Source of the DNA: a virus
Length of the DNA: 64,000 nucleotides
Reading direction: 5' to 3' (one strand)
IMG/VR virus record: IMGVR_UViG_3300001683_000016
Location: 32,001 to 96,000 of that record
Positions 1 through 9,862 of this stretch are shown in pieces; position 1 is the first letter of the stretch, and every line of letters begins with the position of its first letter. The position numbers and the translations under genes were made by a program. Under the pieces are notes generated by a model. The model saw only the letters and a program-made list of their open reading frames with translations. It had not been told where the DNA came from and did not search any database.

Positions 1-1793
1 AGATTTACTTCCCCTATCAATTCATTTAATGTTTCTTGATTTGGATTTACTAAAAAGGCATTAACTGATTTACATACGTTAGCGCCTCTTGATGCACACT
101 CAGCCCAATTAGTACCACCAAAACTAGTGCTAGTACCCCAACCAGTAGAGAATTGCTTCTTACACCATGTGAGAGCAAGAGCAATTTCTATTGTATCTAC
201 ATTCATTTGTTCGACTAAAGCATAGTAATGTTGACGAACAGTACTAGCGTGTTTATTACCACTCACTTCTCTCCACTTAGTTTCACCCATCATTGTTGTT
301 AATGTAGGCCACAAATCCACCATCATATTCTTTTTATAATCTTTACAATATCTCATCTCACCTAGTGAGACAGCGAGGATTGCTTTAGTCATCCAACCAA
401 CAAAAGCCCCTGATAAGTAAGCATCGTTTATACCATTGTAATTCATGCCACCTGCCCATTGATGAAAGAAGTGGGCAAACCATCCTTGCTGTCTCTGCCA
501 GTGTGTTTGTGAACGTAGTAAACCAGCCTTGAACGCCTCTATATATTCAGGGGCACAAGCATTGTATGGTTGTGGTATAATATCCCAATTAGGGTCAAGT
601 GCAAGCCATGTGGGTGTGCCTTCTGTAAATCTATCCCCAACATTAACTTCACCAACCACGTAGGGTATACCGTGTTGTCTAGCATGAGCGCAAATATGAG
701 ACATCAGAGAACCTGTTGGATGTGATATAACAAAACCTTTAGGACACTTCTCTCTTGTAATATTCTCTTCTAACCACGCTACTTCTTCTAATCCTGATGC
801 TACCCATACTGCACCTAGTGATGCTATACCCGACGTGCTTAGGAACTCTGTCATATCTTTTACTTCACATCGACCAGTTGTGCCAGCACTACCAGTAATT
901 TTTGCTACTTTCAAACAGGTATTATCAGGACAATCAAGTTCTTCGTTTACGTTTTCGACCTTATAGTTAGGACAACTCACATTTGTGTGCCATGTAAAAG
1001 GGGACGCTCTAGGTGGATTAGGTGGTGAAGCACGTATCTGTGTGATATATGGTTCATTACCACCGCCCATTTTCTTCTTGTATTCTTCATCTCTTTTGTA
1101 TACAAACTCTAACTCGTAATTAGTTGTACCAGTTTTAATATCAAATTCATGACTATTATTTATCATGTTAATATCATTACTCATGTAAGTTTGAGTAGGA
1201 TTCAAAGCGAAGTATAGTGTTCTTTCATTACCTGCTGTGATACCATCGTGTCCTTTACCGATAGTAGCAAACTGCTGGGGTGCTAGTACAGCACTAGATG
1301 TCGCATGAACAAAGGGTTGTAATATCATACAACCTCTTGGGTCTTCTTTCTTCATAGTCTCAGTCAATGAAATCCAATTTTCTTGTAGGTTTTCTTTAGT
1401 AACTTTGATTGATTCAAGCACACCATGCCTAGCAAACTCAGGGCAAGCACGAAGGAAGGCAGTTTCTCCATCTTCACATTCAGGTAGTATTCTACCGAAC
1501 GCTGCATTCACTACATCAATTGTATCATCTAATAGAATTAGTTCTAAGGGTAAAGGTTTCCATCGTATTGAACCTCCCTTATACGCCATATCAACTTTTA
1601 TTAAATCATCTGCTTTCTGTGCACTTACAAACGACAAGCGTTCTTTTTGTGTCGTTGATTGTTTGTATGCACCATCTTTTATTATTGCGTCCTTCTCGTC
1701 TGTTAATTCATTATATATGTTTGCAAATAAATCTTCGGCGGTTAACTCACCTATGTCATCGTAAGATTTACTGTCGTCTTTAGTTATAGTCAT
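1..1793 (-). CDS. PEP-utilising-enzyme-like phosphotransferase (PPDK/PEP-synthase-type N-terminal domain plus mobile phospho-His domain); 3' end runs off the window
   Basis: Absent from the ORF track because it is open-ended. Manual translation from ATG 1793 gives MTITKDDSKSY..., AFLRACPEFARHGVLES, MILQPFVHATSSAVL, GKGHDGITAG, and GFVISHPTGSLMSHICAHARQHGIPYVVG, which matches the GGxTSHAAIxARxxGIP swivel-domain motif. The same frame is open at positions 1-60. Confidence 0.75.
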   Translation of the reverse strand, partial: MTITKDDSKSYDDIGELTAEDLFANIYNELTDEKDAIIKDGAYKQSTTQKERLSFVSAQKADDLIKVDMAYKGGSIRWKPLPLELILLDDTIDVVNAAFGRILPECEDGETAFLRACPEFARHGVLESIKVTKENLQENWISLTETMKKEDPRGCMILQPFVHATSSAVLAPQQFATIGKGHDGITAGNERTLYFALNPTQTYMSNDINMINNSHEFDIKTGTTNYELEFVYKRDEEYKKKMGGGNEPYITQIRASPPNPPRASPFTWHTNVSCPNYKVENVNEELDCPDNTCLKVAKITGSAGTTGRCEVKDMTEFLSTSGIASLGAVWVASGLEEVAWLEENITREKCPKGFVISHPTGSLMSHICAHARQHGIPYVVGEVNVGDRFTEGTPTWLALDPNWDIIPQPYNACAPEYIEAFKAGLLRSQTHWQRQQGWFAHFFHQWAGGMNYNGINDAYLSGAFVGWMTKAILAVSLGEMRYCKDYKKNMMVDLWPTLTTMMGETKWREVSGNKHASTVRQHYYALVEQMNVDTIEIALALTWCKKQFSTGWGTSTSFGGTNWAECASRGANVCKSVNAFLVNPNQETLNELIGEVN

Positions 1794-1812
1794 TTTAATT
1801 CCTTCCTTCTTT

Positions 1813-1835
1813 CATTCTTTGTTTAAGTAGTCAAT
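1813..1835 (-). promoter_or_regulatory. Early promoter-like motif copy 1 (TTGACTACTTAAACAAAGAATG on - strand)
   Basis: Near-identical motif occurs 7 times, always just upstream of a minus-strand gene start. Confidence 0.75.
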
Positions 1836-1859
1836 AGGTTTCATCTCGTCTGTATACAT

Positions 1860-2045
1860 TCAGTCCTCTTGGACTTGACCGCTAAAAGTAGTTCCGCACT
1901 TCTTACATTCAATTACTATATCAAATTGACATTGATAAGTATTGTAATGATACTCATTAATACAAACATCTTCGTGTTCACAATCCGGCGCACCATCAAG
2001 GTATGCGTGGTCTGCCGCCGTCATACTGTCAGGGTAGTTGTTCAT
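1860..2045 (-). CDS. Small Cys/His-rich hypothetical protein
   Basis: ORF track; CEH...CKKC; ATGA overlap and SD upstream. Confidence 0.6.
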   Translation of the reverse strand: MNNYPDSMTAADHAYLDGAPDCEHEDVCINEYHYNTYQCQFDIVIECKKCGTTFSGQVQED

Positions 2046-2209
2046 TCAACCAACTCCTTTTCCTTCCTCAACCTGACTGTTTCATAGATAGCAACTTCTG
2101 CCTTTATTGCATCGAAGGCCGCTACTAAATCACCGATATTTGCGGCTTCCTTTTTGTCAAATCTCTTGATGATATTTCTAATTCTTCGCATTCTATAATC
2201 CACGCTCAT
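2042..2209 (-). CDS. Small hypothetical protein (55 aa, below the ORF-track cutoff)
   Basis: Manual translation MSVDYRMRRIRNII...KELVE*; fills the gap with ATGA overlaps at both ends. Confidence 0.55.
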   Translation of the reverse strand: MSVDYRMRRIRNIIKRFDKKEAANIGDLVAAFDAIKAEVAIYETVRLRKEKELVE

Positions 2210-2403
2210 GCTCTCACCTTCTCCAATTCAGTATCGGAAAAATCACTACTTCTTTTTAGACTACATTTCTCACAAGTTATTTCAACGCAGATAGTATCTC
2301 CATGTGGGTTTTCATATCCCGCATAGAGATATGCTTCAGTTATTTTCCAAATGTGGTAAGCCTCACCTATCGCTGGCACTCTTGCTGGACATTCCTCGGT
2401 CAC
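2206..2403 (-). CDS. Small hypothetical protein with CxxC
   Basis: ORF track; GAGGTGA SD upstream. Confidence 0.55.
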   Translation of the reverse strand: MTEECPARVPAIGEAYHIWKITEAYLYAGYENPHGDTICVEITCEKCSLKRSSDFSDTELEKVRA

Positions 2404-2557
2404 TTGCTCACCTCTAAGTGGTCGGTGTATTGTTGATATGCTTCAGTAAAGGATTCACCACACAGATTACATCTCCATTTCACAGATGCTATATTTTCTT
2501 CAAAGTTCACCCTTCCGGCAATTGGTTGAAAATTGTGCTCGTATATTGAACTACAAC

Positions 2558-3046
2558 TCATTCAATCGCCTCATCTGTTTTTACTAAGCCTATATGCTGA
2601 CGAATTGATATTGGTTTATCTTTGGCATGAAATTCAACCACTCCTAACCAACCACAATCGTAGCATTCTCCTTGTAAATATACTTCTAATTTGGATAAAT
2701 AAAACTCAAAATCAACACCACTTGCGCTAAAGTGTATAGTGTTTTTACAGTTAGGACAATCGTGGTTTAATGTAGTATCTATAATCTCGTAGTTTTCATG
2801 TTCTTTGTTCACATAATCCCAAGCCATTTCAAGTCTTTCATAGTCTTGACTTCTGAGTTTTTGTCCTTCAAACATATACTCAAATGTTCCACCTACATTA
2901 TCATCCCATACATCTTCAAACTGCTGTGTATCTATCAAGGGGTCGTTTTTAGCGCACTCAATGAGCGCATCTGCTACTCTCCCCATCGCGTCATAGAAAG
3001 CCTTCAAGTCTCTCTCTGTTACAACATATAATTTCTCTTCACTCAT
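2558..3046 (-). CDS. Hypothetical protein with C-terminal Zn ribbon (CPNC...CYDC)
   Basis: ORF track 2558-3070; start more likely at MSEEK (3046), after GGAGG and overlapping the upstream stop. Confidence 0.65.
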   Translation of the reverse strand: MSEEKLYVVTERDLKAFYDAMGRVADALIECAKNDPLIDTQQFEDVWDDNVGGTFEYMFEGQKLRSQDYERLEMAWDYVNKEHENYEIIDTTLNHDCPNCKNTIHFSASGVDFEFYLSKLEVYLQGECYDCGWLGVVEFHAKDKPISIRQHIGLVKTDEAIE

Positions 3047-3330
3047 TCCTCTTCCTCCGTTACTATCCATTCACCTAAGATACCCATACATTGGAAACAA
3101 TGAACAGTCTTTGTCAACTGATTGTGGGTGATGTGATTGTATATGTGCCAGCCCAAACTGAGTGATGTTTCAGGACAATGCCATGTCCTCATGCCCTTTG
3201 AATTAGGACAGGCTATTCCCCTACCATTCTCATGTTTCTCACCATTGGGTAATAACAAGTAACCTGTTTTATCAGGGTACTTTGCATAATACTCACTACC
3301 GCTTACGCCGGGTGTTATGCTCTCGCTCAT
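3043..3330 (-). CDS. Hypothetical protein
   Basis: ORF track; coupled to neighbours. Confidence 0.6.
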   Translation of the reverse strand: MSESITPGVSGSEYYAKYPDKTGYLLLPNGEKHENGRGIACPNSKGMRTWHCPETSLSLGWHIYNHITHNQLTKTVHCFQCMGILGEWIVTEEEE

Positions 3331-3540
3331 TCACTCTTCCTCCTGTTTTGCTAGTATCATATCAATATCATATAATTTACCTACAAATTGCACACCATCT
3401 AGTGTCATATCTATTAGTAATTCACCTGCTTCTTCATCTAACTTACATTTAATAATTCTACCCTTACCTATTGGTGGGCTACTATACCTTGCAAAATTAA
3501 TCCAACTCTTTTGTTTCATATTTCTCTCTCCTTCTTTCAT
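3331..3540 (-). CDS. Small hypothetical protein (true start probably MKQKSW, 3519)
   Basis: ORF track; directly downstream of promoter copy 2. Confidence 0.55.
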   Translation of the reverse strand: MKEGERNMKQKSWINFARYSSPPIGKGRIIKCKLDEEAGELLIDMTLDGVQFVGKLYDIDMILAKQEEE

Positions 3541-3560
3541 TCTTTGTTTAAGTAGTCAAT
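3538..3560 (-). promoter_or_regulatory. Early promoter-like motif copy 2
   Basis: cattctttgtttaagtagtcaat on + strand. Confidence 0.75.
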
Positions 3561-3773
3561 CATTCTTTATTGTACACTCTCATATATTCAACGACTATCA
3601 TCATTACGCATGAGAACATATAAACTAATCATGGTATACACCTAACCTCGCAGGTATTACCTTCGTAAAATTGCATTTATCACAACATTTATCAGGCAAA
3701 TTCCCCAAAGGCGCAGGGTTATTTCCCCATTCTTTTATGTCTTTTTTACCACATAATATGCAATCAAACGGAC

Positions 3774-3983
3774 TCATAACATCACCATTCTATTTCGATG
3801 ATGTATTAAATCATGACCCACATAGTATGCTGACACGAAGAATACCAATGAATGTAGTGAGACTAAAACCATTGTACTGAAAGCCTCTTCAGTATATGCT
3901 ACACCTATTTCTGTTAAATGTAGTAAGCCCTCACCTAGTAAGAATAACTGTGTTAATCTGCCTGTATTATTTCTAATCTTCAT
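3774..3983 (-). CDS. Small membrane protein (2 hydrophobic segments)
   Basis: ORF track; hydrophobic stretches. Confidence 0.55.
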   Translation of the reverse strand: MKIRNNTGRLTQLFLLGEGLLHLTEIGVAYTEEAFSTMVLVSLHSLVFFVSAYYVGHDLIHHRNRMVML

Positions 3984-4177
3984 TCAATCACACCCTCAAC
4001 GCAAGTTCTGATACATTCCCATTGACTTTGACATCCTTCATCACATACACAAGCACAAGGGATTCCACAGGTATTCATGTGTCCTAAGAATGGGTCAATA
4101 TCAGGCTCACACACTAAACATCTATCGCATTTTTCACAGTAGCGACAACGCTCTGCTACGGGAACATACTGACTCAT
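3980..4177 (-). CDS. Small Cys-rich protein
   Basis: ORF track; very high Cys content. Confidence 0.55.
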   Translation of the reverse strand: MSQYVPVAERCRYCEKCDRCLVCEPDIDPFLGHMNTCGIPCACVCDEGCQSQWECIRTCVEGVIE

Positions 4178-4247
4178 TCATCATCGCCCCTTTCATATTC
4201 TAACAGAACATCGCCATCATTTCTTTTTTCATTCTTCTTCACTTCCT

Positions 4248-4439
4248 TTAGCCGAAGTAAATACTTCGGGTGGGATTTCTCCAATTTACCGTATAAGATT
4301 TGGCTTTTACCTTTCTTTGTTCGGAAGGCTTCTTGATACTATCAATCTGCGCTTCGCACTTCTTACAAGTCCAAATAGAACTAAACTTGGTGGGGTGGTT
4401 TCCCCACCATGTTTTCTCCCAATTGTGTTCGCAATTCAT
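4248..4439 (-). CDS. Small CxH...CxxC protein
   Basis: ORF track; CEHNW...CKKC. Confidence 0.55.
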   Translation of the reverse strand: MNCEHNWEKTWWGNHPTKFSSIWTCKKCEAQIDSIKKPSEQRKVKAKSYTVNWRNPTRSIYFG

Positions 4440-4796
4440 TCAATCATCTCCAAATGGGCAACCGCCCGTAACATCATTTTCTGTATGGTATCGAATATGT
4501 TCTTCAATACTCAATCCGCATTCATAACAAATTAGGAAATCAATCTTCTTCTGCACTTCACGCAACCGCTTGACTTCTGCTAAGAGAAGTGGTGAGTCTG
4601 CTATGAGTTTAGTATCAGGCATATCATCAGTCAATTCACCAACCCACAATGGCCCAAGTATTCGCTCACCATCTGTATATCCAAAATTACTTTCATCTTC
4701 ATCATTCACTACACATGACCCTTCCACTTGAGGGTGGTTGAACAATGCCTTCCACGGTGCAGGTGTGTGTCCTTCATAGTCGTCTGTGTCAATCAT
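4440..4796 (-). CDS. HTPxPW...LIAxSPxLL family phage protein, paralog 2
   Basis: Shares MIDTDDYEGHT..PWKA and LIADSPLLLAEVKRL with 4793-5125. Confidence 0.7.
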   Translation of the reverse strand: MIDTDDYEGHTPAPWKALFNHPQVEGSCVVNDEDESNFGYTDGERILGPLWVGELTDDMPDTKLIADSPLLLAEVKRLREVQKKIDFLICYECGLSIEEHIRYHTENDVTGGCPFGDD

Positions 4797-5125
4797 TCAC
4801 CCACCACCTCATGTATGTTAAGGAGAGCCTCATTACCCCGTTCCTCGCTCTCAACCACTTCATAGGCAAGGTCGGAAATACGGGTGAGTTTGTCTTGCAA
4901 TCGTTTGACTTCTGCTAAGAGAAGTGGTGAGTCTGCTATGAGTTGTGCGTCTGCTTCATTCTTGAAGTAGCAACTACCTTCCAATTGCCTCATAGGTAGG
5001 GGTCTTACTTGCCATAGATGAAGTCGTTTGCCTCTGCGGATTCCCCAATATGCACCATTATTAAACAAATCTTCTGCCTTCCACGGCCCTTCTGTGTGTC
5101 CTTCATAGTCGTCTGTATCAATCAT
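4793..5125 (-). CDS. HTPxPW...LIAxSPxLL family phage protein, paralog 1
   Basis: Tandem paralog of 4440-4796. Confidence 0.7.
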   Translation of the reverse strand: MIDTDDYEGHTEGPWKAEDLFNNGAYWGIRRGKRLHLWQVRPLPMRQLEGSCYFKNEADAQLIADSPLLLAEVKRLQDKLTRISDLAYEVVESEERGNEALLNIHEVVGE

Positions 5126-5346
5126 TCAATCACCAAATCATCACCATACACATTACATTCGTATCGCTCTCTACAAAACCCGTCGTGGTCTGCACCTTGA
5201 TAGCCTAAGTGTTCAAGTGCTATGTTCAAAGCACCGTCATATTTATCTCTCTCTTGACGTAGGTTGTCTAATTTCTTCTGTAAGTCCTTGATTTCGTCTT
5301 CCAATTCTTCTAATCTTTCTAATTTATTTTTTATTTCTTCAATCAT
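5122..5346 (-). CDS. Small coiled-coil protein
   Basis: Heptad-like LERLEELEDEIKDLQKKLDNL. Confidence 0.6.
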   Translation of the reverse strand: MIEEIKNKLERLEELEDEIKDLQKKLDNLRQERDKYDGALNIALEHLGYQGADHDGFCRERYECNVYGDDLVIE

Positions 5347-8054
5347 TCTTCATCTTCTCCTGTGTGTGTCTTAGGTTTGGCTACACCTATATCATTCATC
5401 ATACCTGCTGGTATATCTCCGGCATCCACCATCGCTTGTAGTAGTGCCTTTGCTACACCTGATTTCGTTCCCTCTTCATGTGTAGTACCATCTAAGATAG
5501 CACTCACTACCTCTCTCTTTTCTTCCACTATTCTATCGAACTTCTCATCAATAGTACCAACAACTGATAGATATACTGCGTGAACTAAATCTGCATCCTG
5601 TCCTATACGATTGACTCTATCTTCTGCTTGTTCTTCCCAACCTGATACCCACTCTCTTTCTATGAACACTACTGTGTCCGCTTCTGTAAGAGTCAAGCCT
5701 TCTTTCGCTGCTATTGTTGAGCAGATTAAACCATCTAACTCACCTGCTTGGAATGCCTCAACCCTTGCAAACCTCTTCTCTGCTGATACAGAACCGTTGA
5801 TTGTACCCCATTTCTTACCTTGAAACCTCTTGTCGGTGCGTAATAGTTTAACTAATTCTTCTCCTACATCTCGGTGATGGTGGAATACTATGATAGGTTT
5901 GTCTGTGTTTTGGTCTTGATATTCTGCTATCCAATTAGCAGCAGCAGGTACTTTCATTTGTCCGGCAGCGTGTCTTAATGCTGTTAGCATATTCAATACA
6001 AATCCAGCGGGCATCCCGCCTGTGGTCTTGTAGTAATCATACTCACTGAGCCATTGTCTCGCCATTCTTCTATAATCTGCTAAGTATTTTGTGCTAGGTA
6101 CTATCGGTATGAATTGCCTAATCTTATCAGGCAACTCGTCTAACACATCTTTCTTCATTCTGCGTATCATGGTATCCCTTAATTTCTCATGTAGTTCTTC
6201 CACATTAGAAGAGCCGGTAAAATCCCAACCCCAACCATTGTTATGTGCGTCACAATATCTCTTAGCATAAGGAAAGAAGTTACCCTTGTATTCAGCAGGT
6301 TTTATCATTTCTAATGTAGTAAATAATTCGATAGGTCTGTTAGTAATAGGTGTACCACTAAGACACAAGACTGACTCTACATGCTCTGCTAACTCTACAC
6401 AGGCTACTGTTCTCTTGATTGGTTTGCTTGTTGTACCCTTATTCTTTAGGTAATGTGATTCATCAAAGATGATTAGGTTAGCATCAAGAGCATGAAGATT
6501 ATCTTGCTGTTTTGCTACTAAATCATAGTTAATCACAGTAAAATCACAGCCTTCTAAGTCAACTTTACCATTCTTTACTACTTGAAGTGTTGATTTAGGT
6601 AGCCAAGTGCTTATCTCTCTGCCCCAATTGTATTTTACATTTGCAGGTGTTACTACTAACACAGGCCAATACTCTTGATGAAGTGCGGCGTATGCGATGG
6701 CTTGGATAGTCTTGCCCACACCCATGTCATCACCTATGAGGGCACGACCTTCTGCTAACTCAGCAAACCTTACACCAGCATACTGAAAGGGATACAACTC
6801 ATGACCTGCTGGGAACATTACTGCTAATCTCTCCTTCATATCATCCACTAATTCATCATCATGTAGTGCAGTAGCATCGCTGATTGCTATTCTCTCAGCC
6901 TTACCAAGTAAGTATGTCTTAACCTTCTCAATCTTGTTTATTTCTGTGAGTAGTGATGCACATTTCTCATCTCCTTGTTCAGTATTTGCAACAAAGTTTG
7001 TTAATTTCTTAATCAATGAACTTGCTTCTGATATGGGTACAGACCATGCCTTATCATCAGGTTGCCACTTTCTTCCATTGACTTGCTTAATTACATACCT
7101 TGAATCAGTATCATCATATGGAACTTTGAGCATTATAGCATCTGCTTTTAATGTGGCACTATAACCACTACTGTTAGTTGTTACAGGTGCGCTCTTCTTG
7201 AGTGTCTCTAGGTATGCGTCTATGTTTTGTGTGTAGTAACCCTCGTCCTGTAAGATAACTATTGCATCTTGAATAACCCTTTCATCAATAGATATAGACA
7301 TACGAGTACCATCCCATTTGAATGAAGGGAATGATATACTATTTTTGAGTCTATTATACAATCCTCTATTCCTTGAACCCCAATCTAATGCTAATCTCTT
7401 ACTTTTTCGCGGGTATCTTTGTGAAGGGTCATTCCTGCTGAACCACACCTCTTCATACTCTTCTATTTTGACTACCTTACTGTTATTATCAGAGACTATC
7501 ATCCGTGTGTACTTGTTTAGCCATTCAATAACTAGAGCCATGGCTTCCGCCTTATCCATTCCGAGTTCTTCTAGGCTATTCCATATCAAAGACGCATCCC
7601 CGTCAGGTAATGTTTTTCCATACTTTTCATCAAAGATGGGGTTTGCATTTATGTATAATTTCTTAAACATAGCACGAAACTTGGCCTCTATTACATTTCT
7701 TTGCCGCCTAAACTCTGCTAGTATAACTGCGGCTTTATCCTTCTCTTCTCTTGCTTTCATACCTACTTCTTTCAATAGTATTAGAGCCTGTGACCAGTCA
7801 GTTTCAGGTGGATAACCTGCTATGTGTTGAATAAGAGGTAACTGTGTTCTTGTGTATTTGTGAAATCTATCAGTCATCTCTATGTAATCTTCTTCATCAA
7901 CTTCATCTGCTTCAGCCATCTTTACAAAGAATGGTGCGTCGGGCTTATTTGGGCCGATGTCATCTAATGCACCATCAACATGCACAGAGGCAAAGGCTTT
8001 GATGAGTTTGTGCATATCTTCTTTGGTTGGTATAAACTTACTACTACCTATCAT
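5343..8054 (-). CDS. SNF2-family helicase/translocase (SMARCAL1/HARP-like)
   Basis: GDDMGVGKT (Walker A), DESH, LSGTPITNRP, GLTLTEA, QAEDRVNRIGQ; HARP-like GRKWQPDDKAWSVP upstream. Confidence 0.92.
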   Translation of the reverse strand: MIGSSKFIPTKEDMHKLIKAFASVHVDGALDDIGPNKPDAPFFVKMAEADEVDEEDYIEMTDRFHKYTRTQLPLIQHIAGYPPETDWSQALILLKEVGMKAREEKDKAAVILAEFRRQRNVIEAKFRAMFKKLYINANPIFDEKYGKTLPDGDASLIWNSLEELGMDKAEAMALVIEWLNKYTRMIVSDNNSKVVKIEEYEEVWFSRNDPSQRYPRKSKRLALDWGSRNRGLYNRLKNSISFPSFKWDGTRMSISIDERVIQDAIVILQDEGYYTQNIDAYLETLKKSAPVTTNSSGYSATLKADAIMLKVPYDDTDSRYVIKQVNGRKWQPDDKAWSVPISEASSLIKKLTNFVANTEQGDEKCASLLTEINKIEKVKTYLLGKAERIAISDATALHDDELVDDMKERLAVMFPAGHELYPFQYAGVRFAELAEGRALIGDDMGVGKTIQAIAYAALHQEYWPVLVVTPANVKYNWGREISTWLPKSTLQVVKNGKVDLEGCDFTVINYDLVAKQQDNLHALDANLIIFDESHYLKNKGTTSKPIKRTVACVELAEHVESVLCLSGTPITNRPIELFTTLEMIKPAEYKGNFFPYAKRYCDAHNNGWGWDFTGSSNVEELHEKLRDTMIRRMKKDVLDELPDKIRQFIPIVPSTKYLADYRRMARQWLSEYDYYKTTGGMPAGFVLNMLTALRHAAGQMKVPAAANWIAEYQDQNTDKPIIVFHHHRDVGEELVKLLRTDKRFQGKKWGTINGSVSAEKRFARVEAFQAGELDGLICSTIAAKEGLTLTEADTVVFIEREWVSGWEEQAEDRVNRIGQDADLVHAVYLSVVGTIDEKFDRIVEEKREVVSAILDGTTHEEGTKSGVAKALLQAMVDAGDIPAGMMNDIGVAKPKTHTGEDEE

Positions 8055-8365
8055 TCAACCATCTCCTTTAGGTGAGTTTCTTTCCACACTATCCTTAAAG
8101 CAGTAACAATAGCATCGTGGTATGATTTCTTACCCGTCAATTCCATTAAGAAACTGATGAGGTCATCCCCTTCACAGGGTTCACACACACCACATTCAAC
8201 ACATTTCATTACTACACAATCAATCGTGTGATGCTCAGGTTCAGCCCAAGGCTGGTGCATTCTTCCCATCTCTAAAGCCATACCTTTCTCACCACAAAAC
8301 TCACAAGTAAATAGCATACCACTCACTGTCTCGTCATCATTGTTTTCATTATCAATACTATTCAT
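8051..8365 (-). CDS. Zn-ribbon hypothetical protein
   Basis: CEFC...CVEC; ORF track. Confidence 0.6.
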   Translation of the reverse strand: MNSIDNENNDDETVSGMLFTCEFCGEKGMALEMGRMHQPWAEPEHHTIDCVVMKCVECGVCEPCEGDDLISFLMELTGKKSYHDAIVTALRIVWKETHLKEMVE

Positions 8366-8389
8366 TTCATTTCATCTCCCTTACTACTT

Positions 8390-8410
8390 CGTTCATTGTT
8401 TAAGTAGTCA
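8390..8410 (-). promoter_or_regulatory. Early promoter-like motif copy 3
   Basis: cgttcattgtttaagtagtca on + strand. Confidence 0.65.
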
Positions 8411-8593
8411 TGCGCTCACTTCCTCGTAGTGTGATTCAGAATAGAGTCCGAGCATGATTTGGTCGCCGTTATCCACGGTGATACCACCATCGGGTTCAAG
8501 GATGGGGCGCGAAAGTTCGTGCTTGTTCCAATCAGGGAAGAGCGCATCGCGTATCATCTCAAACAATTCATCAGGGATGACAATGTCAGTCAT
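8408..8593 (-). CDS. Small hypothetical protein
   Basis: ORF track; ATGA overlap with ardC. Confidence 0.55.
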   Translation of the reverse strand: MTDIVIPDELFEMIRDALFPDWNKHELSRPILEPDGGITVDNGDQIMLGLYSESHYEEVSA

Positions 8594-9528
8594 GCGTCCA
8601 CCCCCATGAGGGATTTGAGTATGTAATCTGCGGCTGTCTGAGCACTACTAAACGCTTGACTGAGAGCCTTATCTTTATCTTTACACGCAGCCAACCATGA
8701 CTTAAGGTAGGCTTGACTGTTAGCATTATCCTCAACTACTGAGTCAGGTTTGAACTCTCCGCCTAGTGTGAGTGTCACGATTAACTGCCCCATTTCAGCA
8801 ATCAATTCTTCATAGGCATACTCAGGTGAACCAAAGGCAGACTTGAGTGGCCTCTCAACTCTGTTGACATGACCTGTACTATGAATAGCCTCATGGAATG
8901 CGGTCATTACTTCACCAATAGGTGAGATGAATGATTCATGTGGTGGCATTACAATATCATCTTTCTCTGACGAGTAGTATGCACGTACACCTTTGCGATG
9001 CAGGACAAGTGTATCCTGTGATGCTATGTAATCGTTGAAGTGAACCATCATCTCAGACTCAGGCACTACCTCAACCTCTTCTACATCAGGTGCTACATAA
9101 TCGACACATTGTTCAACACAAAATACAGTGTACCATCGTGTTAGCCATCTGCTGCGTGTCTCTTCTTCTCCGTCATCGTTCTCAACAATGAACTTACTAC
9201 GCTTGAAGAACTGTATGTTCACGCCATCACCATTAGTCAAGCCTTCTATTGAGTAACCTTTGCTTAATAATTGTTTACGAGTAGCAAAACGAAGGTCAGT
9301 CCATCCTCGTACCATACCCTCTATCCATAGTTGTACTATATTTCCACCTCGATATGCTTTCTTGCTAACCAAGTTATGTGGCATACTACCTGTACCACCA
9401 ACCCAAGGCTTGCGCCAAGGTAAGTTGTTGTCCGTTATAGCAGTGCTTAGGTTAGCAAACCATCGCTCTTGATTTTCCTGCTGCTTCATCTCTCCGTATG
9501 CCCTTTTCTGTTCTTTGTTCATTGTCAT
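8590..9528 (-). CDS. ardC: ArdC-like antirestriction protein (ssDNA-binding N-domain plus zincin-like domain)
   Basis: LPWRKPW, NLVSKKAYRGGN, FATRKQ, YTVF, AYY...DDIVMP, FHEAIHSTGH, FGSPEYAYEELIAE, AYLKSW, AQTAADYI. Confidence 0.9.
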   Translation of the reverse strand: MTMNKEQKRAYGEMKQQENQERWFANLSTAITDNNLPWRKPWVGGTGSMPHNLVSKKAYRGGNIVQLWIEGMVRGWTDLRFATRKQLLSKGYSIEGLTNGDGVNIQFFKRSKFIVENDDGEEETRSRWLTRWYTVFCVEQCVDYVAPDVEEVEVVPESEMMVHFNDYIASQDTLVLHRKGVRAYYSSEKDDIVMPPHESFISPIGEVMTAFHEAIHSTGHVNRVERPLKSAFGSPEYAYEELIAEMGQLIVTLTLGGEFKPDSVVEDNANSQAYLKSWLAACKDKDKALSQAFSSAQTAADYILKSLMGVDA

Positions 9529-9550
9529 CTTTTCATCTCCCTTCTTATTT

Positions 9551-9573
9551 CATTCATTGTTTAAGTAGTCATT
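9551..9573 (-). promoter_or_regulatory. Early promoter-like motif copy 4
   Basis: cattcattgtttaagtagtcatt upstream of ardC. Confidence 0.7.
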
Positions 9574-9661
9574 TATTTAACGACTATCATATCATCTACT
9601 CGTAGTCGTTTAATTTCTGCAATCAACAAACTGCTTAGGTATCTTATTGCATCTTTTACTC

Positions 9662-9862
9662 TCATTCAATCACCTCGTAGTCTGTTGAGTCAAGTAAGAA
9701 ACCTAACTCAGTAGTGTCACCTTCTGCATTTTGTATGAACACAAGTCCTCTACTCTCCCAATTTGGTTGGTTAGTAGCATGAACAGCATCGTATATTTTA
9801 TCCTTAGACACCTGTATTCCTGAGCCTAGCATCTTGAAATCATTCAATGGTCTTACTCTCAT
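9662..9862 (-). CDS. Small hypothetical protein
   Basis: ORF track. Confidence 0.55.
   Translation of the reverse strand: MRVRPLNDFKMLGSGIQVSKDKIYDAVHATNQPNWESRGLVFIQNAEGDTTELGFLLDSTDYEVIE

Noticed and set aside
3590-9590. AACGACTATCAT seen upstream of promoter copies 2 and 4
   Set aside because: Only two copies at different distances, and one lies within a small ORF; chance cannot be excluded.
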